Assembly: GCF_022045235.1 (NCBI RefSeq)
Contig: NW_027266286.1
Location: 19,840,001 to 19,904,000 of the forward strand
DNA: 64,000 nt
Reading direction: 5' to 3'
Origin: Haliotis cracherodii
Taxonomy: Eukaryota
Each line of letters begins with the position of its first letter. Position 1 is the first letter of the stretch. The notes under the pieces are model-generated. The model was given only the letters and a program-made list of their open reading frames with translations, was not told the DNA's origin and ran no database searches. This document shows positions 13,733-24,709 of this stretch, one piece after another. Both the position numbers and the translations under genes were made by a program.

Positions 13733-14693
13733 ATGTCTAATCGATACCGACACTTCCTGGACGACGAGTTGGTCTGCATACCCCGTGCGCTGGTCAAATG
13801 GCGAGTTAATATACATGCTCATCTGGCTCGAGCACCACGTGACCCGCCACCTGTCAGCCTCGAGGCGCTTACCAGGATCACCAGCACCAGACCTGGCAAG
13901 CACATGTGTCATACCCGGATGTGGAATTTCGAACAACGCCTGAAGACCCTGAAGGATATAGCACCCACACTGCTCCAAGGGGTCTCGGAGACCCAGGTAA
14001 AGGACATGGCAAAGGCCGGATTCTTTTACTCAGGTAAACAAAACCCTTTTCATTATCGTGAGAAAACCCTGCTTAAGCAATGTACTATTCTGATGCCCGT
14101 TTCAGACCACACTATCATCATGTGGTTATAACTCACTGTCAAATAATGATGAAAAGGTGAACGTTTCCTGCTCCACCGGTTGCACCCGTCACAAACACGT
14201 GCAAAGGCAAGGCAAGTGCCCAACCTAAAAAACACAAGAAACAATTACACAAGTCAAAATTTGGAATTTTAACGGACAATATCTTTGTCACTAATGCATT
14301 AAATTTAGAAATGTTCAATCTCAACATGAATACCATACAACACTTTGAAAGCTTTACTAATATCAGGCCTTGACTATTGTAACCTCGATAAAACCACTTT
14401 TGGGCAAGAGTCGTACGATGCTGTTGGAAATCGTCGTAGAAAGAACATGCTCGATTAATGTAGAAATATTCAAATATGAAAGTTGATATGCCACTCCTGT
14501 CATGAAATGGATTAATGTTTTCTATATTGTCTGTGCAGGCCTGGGGAACACACTACTATGCGCCCACTGTGGTAACATTCTGCATTCCTGGGTTGTGGGT
14601 GACTGTCCCTGGAAGAGGCACGCTGAACTAAACTCCAAGTGCCCTTTCCTGGCGAGAGGTTGCAGCTTGGACAAAGCCGGGGTTAGTCCCTGA
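13733..14693 (+). CDS. IAP-2: divergent single-BIR protein (exons 13733-14033, 14519-14681/14693; possible further exon from 15261)
   Basis: Acceptor TTTCCAG at 13724, ATG at 13733, FEQRLKTL...MAKAGFFYSG|GTAAAC (phase 1). Acceptor GTGCAG at 14518 leads into GLGNTLLCAHCGNILHSWVVGDCPWKRHAELNSKC, a canonical Cx2Cx16Hx6C. The 3' end is uncertain: TGA at 14691-14693, or donor GTTAGT at 14682. Confidence 0.8.
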
Positions 14694-15629
14694 TCTTTTA
14701 TCTTGTTGCTCCTTTAATTATCCTGCAATAACTAGTACCCAATGTCAATAATACTTGTGAAATTCGGTTGTCGACAATATATTTACATTTATCAATCTAA
14801 GGCCATAGAGTATCGGAAGTACCTTTTTTCAAATCGTGATTGATAGGCCTTCCATAACATCGATCTCTCTGGCATGAAACACAAAAGATAAACTGAAAGA
14901 ATAATTTTTTTTATAACCGAGGTTTAAGTACAAAAACTATTAGAATTGGAATACAGCTGTACAAACGTGAGAAAATATTGTAAAAAAAATACTACTGAAC
15001 AAAATAAAAGTATCATACTCAGAATAACAACACATATTATACATGTAGTCTGTAGCAGCATGATCGATATTGGACTTTGCTGTGACTGATGAGTGGCCTC
15101 AATTAGATAAAGTCAACCGCCACGAAAGGATTTCTTAGAATTGTGTCTTCTGTCAATTGAGTCAATAAAGCAAGATATGAGCAGTGATGCTTGAAAACTT
15201 AACTGTAGGAAGATGAATGTTTCTCTAACGAGATATAACTCACGTCTTTTCGTTTTCCAGTTGACTATTGTCAGATTTCATCTAGACACTATTCACTTGA
15301 AGATGCGCGTGGACTTTGTTATGATTCCGTTGTATGAGCACCACTCATTTCAGAGACGTAAGAAGTAATTTTAGTTGTAAAGAATACAATATATTTTTAT
15401 TCGGCATTTAAAATACTGTAGATTGTGCACAGTGCAGGTAAAGCACCATGTCTATGTTTCAGGAAGTGACATCCCTGCGTAAACGCCACAGTGCCTGCTA
15501 ACCAAGCTTCGTCAGTCCCTCCAACTACATTCCTAGTTCAGCATCTTTTACGTTTCGTAGATAGAACGTAATCTTATTATTTCAATCTAAAATACAACAA
15601 TTTGTTCAATGGCTAAGTTGCCTCTTAAT

Positions 15630-16670
15630 ATACAGACTGTTTACTTTGTTGATATGCAAGACAGAGACAATGTACTCTGTTGATATGTCAGATACAAACA
15701 GTGTGCACTGTTGATATGCCATATAGAGACAGTGTACTCTGTTGATAATTCAGATTCATGCCTTATGCTCTGCCGATATGCCAGATAGAGACAATGTACT
15801 CTGTTGATAATTCAGATTCATGCCTTATGCTCTGCTGATATGCCAGATAGAGACAGTGTACTCTGTTGATATGTCAGATAGAGACTGCGTGATCTGTTCA
15901 TACATGTAAGTCAGATACAGACTGTTTGCTCTGTTGATATGCCAGATAGAGACAGTGTACTTTGTTGATATGTCAAATACAGGCCTTATGCTCTGCTGAT
16001 ATGCCAGACAGAGACAGTGTACTCTGTTGATATGTCAGATACATGCCTTATGCTCTGTTGATATGTCAGACACAGACCGTGTGCTCTGTTGATATATCAG
16101 ATACAGACAGCGTGCTCTGTTGATATGCCAGATAGAGACAGGGTACTTTGTTGATAAGTCAGATACAAACAGTATGCTTTATTGAAATGCCAGATAGACA
16201 GTGTGCTCTGTTGATATGCCAGATAGAGACAGTGTACTCTGTTGATATGTCAAATACAGGCCTTATGCTCTGCTGATATGCCAGATAGAGATAGTGTACT
16301 CTGTTGATATGTCAGATACATGCCTTATGCTCTGTTGATATATCAGATACAGACAGCGTGCTCTGTTGATATGCCAGATAGAGACAGGGTACTTTGTTGA
16401 TAAGTCAGATACAAACAGTATGCTTTATTGAAATGCCAGATAGACAGTGTGCTCTGTTGATATGCCAGATAGAGACAGTGTACTCTGTTGATATGTCAAA
16501 TACAGGCCTTATGCTCTGCTGATATGCCAGATAGAGACAGTGTACTCTGTTGATATGTCAGATAGAGACAGTGTACTCTGTTGATATGTCAGATACAGGC
16601 CGTCTGCTCTGTTGAAAGGTCAGATACAGACAGTCTGCTCTGTTGAAATATCAGATAGACAGTGTGCTCG
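15630..16670. repeat. 31-bp minisatellite, ~33 copies
   Basis: Unit ~CTGTTGATATGCCAGATAGAGACAGTGTACT recurs at 15931, 15962, 15993, 16024 and onward. An 8-unit (246 bp) block is duplicated at ~16083 and ~16329. Confidence 0.95.
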
Positions 16671-17384
16671 TCGGAGCAGTGTTGATGTAATGTAGGCATC
16701 ATTGTTTATGTACTGCAGACATAATTGTTGATGACATACGGAATGGCAAAGTTTACACATGGTTATGTGTTGAATCTGTTGCATTAACTTCATGTTGTCT
16801 TTAAAATATAGATGTATGCAGTTAATTTCGTTGTATTTGATTATCAAATGTGAATGTCAATGACTGCATTCGTAGGCTGAATTTACGAAATTCGTGTAGG
16901 AAAATATGTGTATCTTTCGAAATTAAGTCCTTCTAAACTCACGGTGACACGAAATTTTAAATCCCTCTAACTATAAGTACTTGGATGAGACATGAAATTA
17001 TAGCCCTAATATAACAATGCAAACGCGTGCCTCCTCAGCACATGGGATATGGGATATGTGGAATGAGGAAATTAATTAGGGTGGCAACAGAAACAGGTTA
17101 AAGCACCACTTAACCATACTGGTGAGGCCGTATGTTTTGTTTACTCAAAAGTAAATAATAGCTTCATCTCAATCTCTATATATCTCATTTAACGTTGAGT
17201 GAGGATACAAGTTTAACGATCTGTTTGCTATCTATTCGGTAACGATACTTGAAGTTGACAGCCTATCCGTCAGTGACTGACATTTGAGGTTCACAGTACT
17301 CTTGCACACGTATTATGTAGCTTCATGCAAATAAAACTATGTAAAACGCAATGAGTGTTCTCTTGTCTTCTGTCGTGCCTCTTT

Positions 17385-17550
17385 TTTTCACGCCTCACGA
17401 AGCAATATTGCAGCTATATGACGGCGGTCGGTAAATAATCGGGTCAGGACCAGAAAATCCAGTGATTGACATCATGACCATCAATCTACGCAATTGGGAC
17501 ACGATGACGTGTATCAACCAAATCAGCGAGTCTGACTATTCGATCCCGTA
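17385..17550 (-). repeat. Dispersed repeat (family 3)
   Basis: GCAATATTGCAGCTATATGACGGCGGTC...CGCAATTGGGACACGATGAC...GATCCCGT, homologous to 5819-6030 and 58119-58265. Confidence 0.6.
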
Positions 17551-18920
17551 AAACAACAAACAGACAAACACAATGTAACAATAACATATCATTTTATTAT
17601 CAGTTGATTCAGAAAACAAGGAGAACTGTACTTGAATAACAATACATAAGCATTTTAAAGTTCAGTGACAGTCATATGTTAGTCAAAGCTATGAATTGTC
17701 CTTAAATTAATAGCACCAGTATATGGAGAATTATAGCTCATGGTCCTATTCTACAAAGGGATCTTAGCGCTAAGACGATAGGTTTTTTGTTAAAAGAAAC
17801 GAAGAGACGACTGGGTGACATCAAGGTTACTAGTGGATGTACATGAGTGATCTTGTTAATTATATGAAAATGATAGTATTCTTTTCGTGCATTTCTGTTA
17901 GTGAAATCAATAGAATCTATTTCTGCGCCAGGACACTGAGACAGCATGTCATCACTATTTTATTTGTTAATTTGTACACAAATATTTACACCTTAAATAT
18001 TCACAAGGTAGAATAATATGACAGTTATAATGACAACAAATATTGAAAATTGTTGCCTTTAATCTTTGTACACATTCATTCAGGCAGTCAGTCGGGAGAT
18101 AAATAAATCATGTCTTAAATCACTACAGAGACTTTAGTGTGGCGATTAGGAGATTTTTATGAATATTACGGATTATCTATTCATCGTCGCCGAACACACC
18201 GTTAATACTCAAGTGTTCAATCCGTAATCCCGTGTTTTTAGTTGGTTTAAGAAAGATGCGTAATGAAAAACTGACATTGTGTTTTCATGACATTTCCAGA
18301 AGATAATAGCATCACGCGCTTAAACTGCATTGGTCACAACTGCACCCTTGGTATCACCAACGCATTCCATTACATACAGGGATATCCAAACAATATGTTA
18401 ATTTCAAAACAAGACATATTTGGTGTTAATTTTACAAACAGATAACAAGCTAATGAAACGAAAAGTCTTAGTTGTAGCGTTTGTTTTTAATCAAAATAAA
18501 TATCATAATGTTTTCGAAAACTCTGAACGGAGACACTGAGTATTCATGATGTTTATTTCACAGAATTTCTAATATAGGGAAACTCACAGTTGTCCAATTC
18601 CCTGAAATCCGTAAAACATCTCGACGGAATGCGGATAAACAAAAGCCTTTCTCACCGGAAAGCATGGTACTCGCTCCATACCCCAAAGGAGCTAAAAATA
18701 CTCACCACTTATGAGAAGAAACAATAAAGCGCTATTAAAATATCGTATTACCATATCTGACTGACAACCGTTACAAATATGTTCAAATGATTCCAATTAA
18801 ACCTTTGTAGTTTTGCTTTTGCTTCTGAAAGACATGTATAATGAATAAGAATATCTATCTGTCTTGGTACCAATGTGCAGCCATGGGACTGGAATGTTAT
18901 GTAATATACAAATTAAAAGT

Positions 18921-21900
18921 TCACGGGACGGGAATAATTCCCCGGATGCGTGTCCTGCAGACTGGGCAACGTTCTAGAGCTGGTGAGCACACGCCACAGG
19001 CCACCAGATGTCCACAGGGGAGGAAGACGATGTTGGCAGGGTTCTCCAGACAGATCGTACATTCACTCGTCTCTCTCAGCTGCTCTGTCTCTTCCTCTGT
19101 AGCATTTAACTGGTCCTTGGTTTTATCTGTCACAGACCAAAACATAAATGAGGAATCATATAGGTTTATAGTCTACCTTTAGCGTGACCAGTTAGTGAAC
19201 TTGTTCTTAGTAAATAAAGCATTTACTACATACAATACAAACTGTGTGTCGATCTGGATAGACTTTTAAATGAAATAGAAACATATTGATGAATTGACCT
19301 ATGTTATTCCATGTACTATTTAAACATTTATTATTACTTTGTAGCGGTGTACATAGCAATCGATATGTATATACATGTAGAAGTGTCATCAATGTTGCAA
19401 TAAAGCTTTTCGCTCATTCGGGCTACCTTTGTAAGATCTTCTTGGATGTAAGTTCAGCTAGAAATGCCTGTAGCCCAACATTTAAAATTGATCTCTAGCA
19501 AATTAGGGATGTAGAGAACCGAAATCCAATTTCATAAAAATGTCAGCACTTTAATGATGATTTTCTTGGTAGTTCACCTATATAGCGTTTTGTTATACAT
19601 TATCCAAATAACGAATCCTATTCCGCACCAGAAGCCATTGGCTGCTCTCTTAAATATAAGTGATAATCAATATGTTTACCATGTTTTTGAGTCCTCTCTG
19701 CTTTCCGACTTTTACTGGTAACTGGCAAACCTAGGGAAGCATTGACAGCAGCATTCGAGTTATTGATTGCATTATTCCCTCTTTCACTGTCTGACAAAGT
19801 CGATTGCTTGGGAGAAATGTTTCCTGATATTTGTTCAGACTGATGATTATTGTAACCCATATTCGCCCCCTCTGCTGTCTGTGAGCTAGTTACAACATTA
19901 TGTGATGTGTTTTGCGTTGTTGCTTCTCGGGACGCTATATGTGCCAGATGGACACGGACAGTTCCCCGGATGTGTTTCCTGCAGACTGGGCAACGTTCTA
20001 GAGCTGGTGAGCACACACCACAGGCTACCAGATGCCCACAGGGAAGGAAGATGATGTTGGCAGGGTTCTCCAGACAGATCTTACATGCACTCGCGTCTCT
20101 CAGCTGCTCTGTGTTTTCTTTTGTGGCCTTCAACAGATTCGACTCTGTCAAATCTTTGGTTTCTTCTTTATGTTTCGGATCTATTTTCTGAGGTTGCATC
20201 TCATGGGAGCGTAATTCTGCAACCTTAAGATGAATTTAAGGTGTTTGTAAAATTGTAAATTTTTTATATAAATTTTATATTTCTTTCCTTATCATATCTC
20301 ACAATATGTAATTCTCATTCTACTTTCAATCCTAAGTGGAAACGTGCTTACAGAAAGGTTCATTGTGGTCACCTCCCAACAATCTGGGTCATGCTCGCTT
20401 CTCATCCCGAGGTACTAACACGCGCTGATCAATCTGTCATATCCAGGGATATATTTTCGCGTTTCGTAGCTGCTCTTTGAGGTTGCATCCCGTTGGAACG
20501 TGATTCAGTAGTCTAAAGATAATTTGTTAGATGTTTGTAATATATATTCTTAAAAACACATTTGCTATTTTTACCACATATCCAGCTTTGGTAAAAGAGG
20601 TTTTTTGGTCAGTAATTCCTGAACTAGAATTTCGTTATTACCTGTGGCGTTGTATCTGGGGGACATCTTGCTGCCAGGAAAGGGCAGTCTGGTCTCAAAC
20701 GAGCATGAACCCGCCACGGGTCGTCTTCTTCATCCCATGCCCTGAGCACAAGTCCACAGCGGAAGCACTGAACATTATCCGAGTTGCCTGTAAGAAGGGA
20801 TGACAATGTGCCAAGATACTCAACACAATTATACATCGGCATCATTAATTATATTGTGGTAGGTTGTGATGGTTAATTCCAAACAGCATCACGCTTTGGG
20901 GTGACAATTCAAGTCAGTTCACAGAGTTGTCAATTCATCCGAGAAATAGTAGGGAATCTATCATTTTTTTCCCGTTGACTAAAAACAATGACTAAAACCT
21001 ATCTTACCTTTAACCTTAACATTGGTGACTGCTTATTTATTAATGAAAATAAGAGGTGAACCAATCTCTAGTTCATCCGACATAAAAACGTCATATGATA
21101 AAATTAGAGATTTAGAAGATTGTATTAGAAATGAATTCCAAAATATTATCGTGGTTAAACTTGCAGAACAGTCAAAATATCAAACTGAAATGAATTAGAT
21201 TAAACATGAAGCAATTAGAGAAATGGAGATGGGAAACATAGTGTAAGGAGGATGAAAGCCATCCAGTTCTTTTTGTCACACATTCAAACAATTAATAGCA
21301 TACATAACATAATTTACATTAGAAATGAATTGCTTTAGATGCAGTAAATTCATAACGAATTTTTTACATTTCATGTATGTGCAGAAGAACAAGATGATGT
21401 ATTGCACATATTTTGGAACACAAAATGTAGTAAAAGTAGTATGCAGGTACCTGGGAAAGTTTCTGAATAACCACGCCATTGACAACCCATGAATCACTGT
21501 ATGCTTAATAGCATTTGGATACAGCGCAAGCAATACACTACATAACCATATAATACCAGCTTGCTAGAGATGTATCCTTATATGATAAATTAATAACAAG
21601 AGGCCCAACGTTGAAGAAATTCCCTAAATATTGAAAGATATATGTAAAACAGTCAAACAGTTTAAACATAGAACAAAGAAAGAAAATGATACGATGTGGC
21701 ATAAGTAAACGTGTTCACAATTGAATGTATATTTCAGTACTAATACACATATACTTTGATGGTTATATCCACTATTGATAAATTGTTATTCTTTAACAAC
21801 CTCTTTGATACTGTCAAAAGAGACAATTATATCCGTCGGAAACAGAATTTAGTCACTATTCTTTTGGAATAATTACTGTGACAAACTGGCATCCATTAAT

Positions 21901-22895
21901 TACTCTTCAGGTGCAGAAATACTGTGACATGCAGTAACAATAAGAATATGCTGAATATTTTGTTGAAACTATGCCGTATTTAGACCACCGTTGCGGATAC
22001 ATTGTTATACACGATATATCCCCCTGTTACAATTGAAATATGCATTTTGAATATGTCACATTGCAAATTATTTTTCTATGGTTTGTCATTTTGAGCAATG
22101 TGAGACATACACTAATTGAAAATTACCTGTATAGTAGAAACCAGCTGCAGAAAGTTCCCGCAAAAATCTTTCACTCGGCCACCCTCGGAACGATGCAAGT
22201 CTATTGGTTTCAGAGCTGTAACCAGGCGCTTGGTGATTAGTACCCGCCGTTGGCTGAGGAGAAATTGCAGATCTAGGACGACGGTTTGGATGAGTTATGG
22301 AGAGTCGCTGGATCTCGGGAGATGGATCATGAACATCGAAATCCGAAGTTGGGTACCATAGTTGTGTCAATGCACAGTCAATACTTGAAGACAGTGGGTT
22401 TTCGGTAAAAGACACATTTCCGCGATGTAAATCATGGTTATGTCGACAGTAATGCTTATGAGGCACACTGGCAGGTTTATCCCCATGTTGCCAGTTCCTG
22501 TATCGCACCCCGCAGCAGAAGCACCTTGTCTCGTCACCATCTCCTGTCGCATAGAACCCTGCCTTAGCAAGCTGTATGCGGGATACAGCTATATCCACAC
22601 CAAAAAATGATTTCAGTCTCAAGGCTTCGTAGACCATAACACACTCCAGGGGCACTCCATTCCGAGTCATGAGGTCTTCAAAATTCCCTCTCAAAGATAT
22701 GGATGGGTATACACGAATATGGGTATGTAGCTGTGGCACGAAACAGTGTGAGGGGATTTTATTTTCATGCGAAGTATTGTAATCATATGACACAACGTAG
22801 ATGTAAAGCTTGTCACTGTACACCAACATTATTACAATTTGACGTTTCTTCATTCTTACGGATAAGAAATATAGCATGAATGTATGTACACACAT
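18921..22895 (-). CDS. IAP-3: type-A IAP, variant BIR + canonical BIR + two RING domains (exons 22895-22127, 20787-20642, 20223-19680, 19126-18921)
   Basis: BIR1 is RCFCCG...PHKHYC. BIR2 is split at GFYYTG| (donor GTAATT, phase 1) and continues GNSDNVQCFRC...HARLRPDC. Phase-0 join to VAELRSHEMQPQK...RING1 (CKICLENPANIIFLPCGH). Phase-1 join (G|GTAAAC to ACAG|AT) to RING2 (CTICLENPANIVFLPCGH), then stop at 18921-18923. All junctions are in frame. Confidence 0.85.
20429..20512 (-). other. Duplicated, stop-containing alternative exon of IAP-3
   Basis: Acceptor TCTTTAG|ACT ACT GAA TCA CGT TCC AAC GGG ATG CAA CCT CAA... parallels TCTTAAG|GTT GCA GAA TTA CGC TCC CAT GAG ATG CAA CCT CAG at 20223. 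It has the same phase and ends in TGA after 27 codons. Confidence 0.55.
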
Positions 22896-23367
22896 GGTAA
22901 TGTTCCTTCGTATCTCCTGCACTGCAAATTCAAACATATGAATTTAGCAACACATGCAGGGCGATCTCACCTAACACCACAAATACAAGTTAAGCTAGGA
23001 TGACAACTCTATCTGCTCGCCTATATCCGAGTGTCGGAACATCAAACAGACGTACTTGAAACAGTCACACATATCTGCACAACAGGCAAACAGGACGCCA
23101 TAATGTATTAACACTTGAAGGAACGACACGGTGGACCTATAAATAGAATGTGTAACATTGACAACCAGGACAACGCACTGTTACCTGTCCACCGTCAGTA
23201 CAAGCTTATAGAAAAGTACAGGAAAATAAATGTGCGTTCAATTGATACATTACGAAAATCGATCTGTGTTCACAAACACCGTCTCTCAACCAAATCTAGT
23301 AAATCTCCAACAATACATTACGGCAACAACGCTAGATTTTTCCAGCACATGCAACTCATATCCTTAC

Positions 23368-23573
23368 CTCGAAATGGCTTTCAACTGATGACAAGCGAAT
23401 CAACTGGATTAGATAACGCCTGATGTTATTTCCTCTTTCTGATTGGCCAATGAGTTCAAGTGCCACCTGTCTTTGTGTGATATTTATAGCTGGGCATTTC
23501 CCTGAATAATTGAGCATTGTTGATAAGAACATAAAGCCTGGACTTGTACAGCGGAGGATGCGTAGAGAACTTG
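23368..23573. promoter_or_regulatory. Putative bidirectional promoter and 5' non-coding exons of IAP-3 (-) and IAP-4 (+)
   Basis: Outward-facing strong donors: minus GAG|GTAAGG at 23367 and plus TTG|GTGAGT at 23574. Between them: palindromic ATTGGCCAAT (23442-23451), TATTTATA (23481-23488) and kB-like GGGCATTTCCC (23492-23502). Confidence 0.55.
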
Positions 23574-24709
23574 GTGAGTACACAAACTAGCGATTAACCT
23601 GTAGTAACATTATTAATCAAGTTATTTCTAAATCATAATACCATTACAGAAGAATATCCCCGTGTGCTACTGAGAGAGGACAACATAATAACCTATGTAG
23701 AGCTCTCATCAAACATACTAATACATAGAAATAGGAGTACCACTAAATTAATACATAAAATGCGACCGGAAACCGCCCACACTGCATTCATGTTGTTTAA
23801 ATTGTATTTGATTCCTAATATCTAACAGGACGTTATCCATGGCTATAAAGAAATATGTCCTTTCTCAGTTAGCAATCTCAGCATTGATTTTTCTCTGTAA
23901 CGAGGCCTCTGTAACGTACGGCTGTGTTTCCGACACATATACTAAAACTACATTACAGGTTGGAATATGTGTTTTATAAAGGCAGTTTTATCCCACAACA
24001 CTTGTATCTTGTCCCTCTTGAAATTCAATGACTCAAGTCCTGGACATGGTGTAAACTAATGATATATATTAAAGAGACAAGTCAACTATCTGTGCTGATT
24101 AATGGAAGCAATGTAAATTAATAATTCGAAGAGCTGATGTGGTAAGGTTGCTGCAAACGTATGATAGGTTGCTTGGAGTGAGTGAGTGAGTGTATAACTG
24201 TCGTTTAAGGCCATTCAGCACTATTCAAGGTCAGTCACGATGGCGTGTAATAGAACGAATAAGAAAATAAGCAACGTTCCACGCCATCGGCACGACGACA
24301 CCAGTTAGAAATGTCACAGAGCCTCAAGACCACACGATTAAACTTAATCCTTCCTTAGTTTACAGATCCGCTGACCTTACAATATTGGAAAATAATCAGT
24401 ATTGCAAGGTTCTTTGTATGCAACAGGCATTAAACGTCTTTTTCATGATAAAAAAATAATATCTAAATACTTGGTATGAACTGAATCGCTGAATCGACTT
24501 ATCGTCGAGTGCAAGTTATATACAAGTCATGAAAAAAGATATTACACCTACGGTGGACCCAGTTAAATATCAAAGCCCGTTGAAAACCTTTTTATATTAA
24601 TATATTTTTTATTATTCTATGACCTAACGACCAAATATGATAAAATCTTCAATTGTCGAACTGCAAAGATGCTTTAATCGTTTGTATTCAGCTCAACAAA
24701 CAAGGAAGA

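Noticed and set aside
19426-19496. Possible UBA-exon remnant in IAP-3 (MLGYR, donor G|GTAGC as in IAP-7)
   Set aside because: In-frame stops and only a very short similarity; not supportable as an exon.
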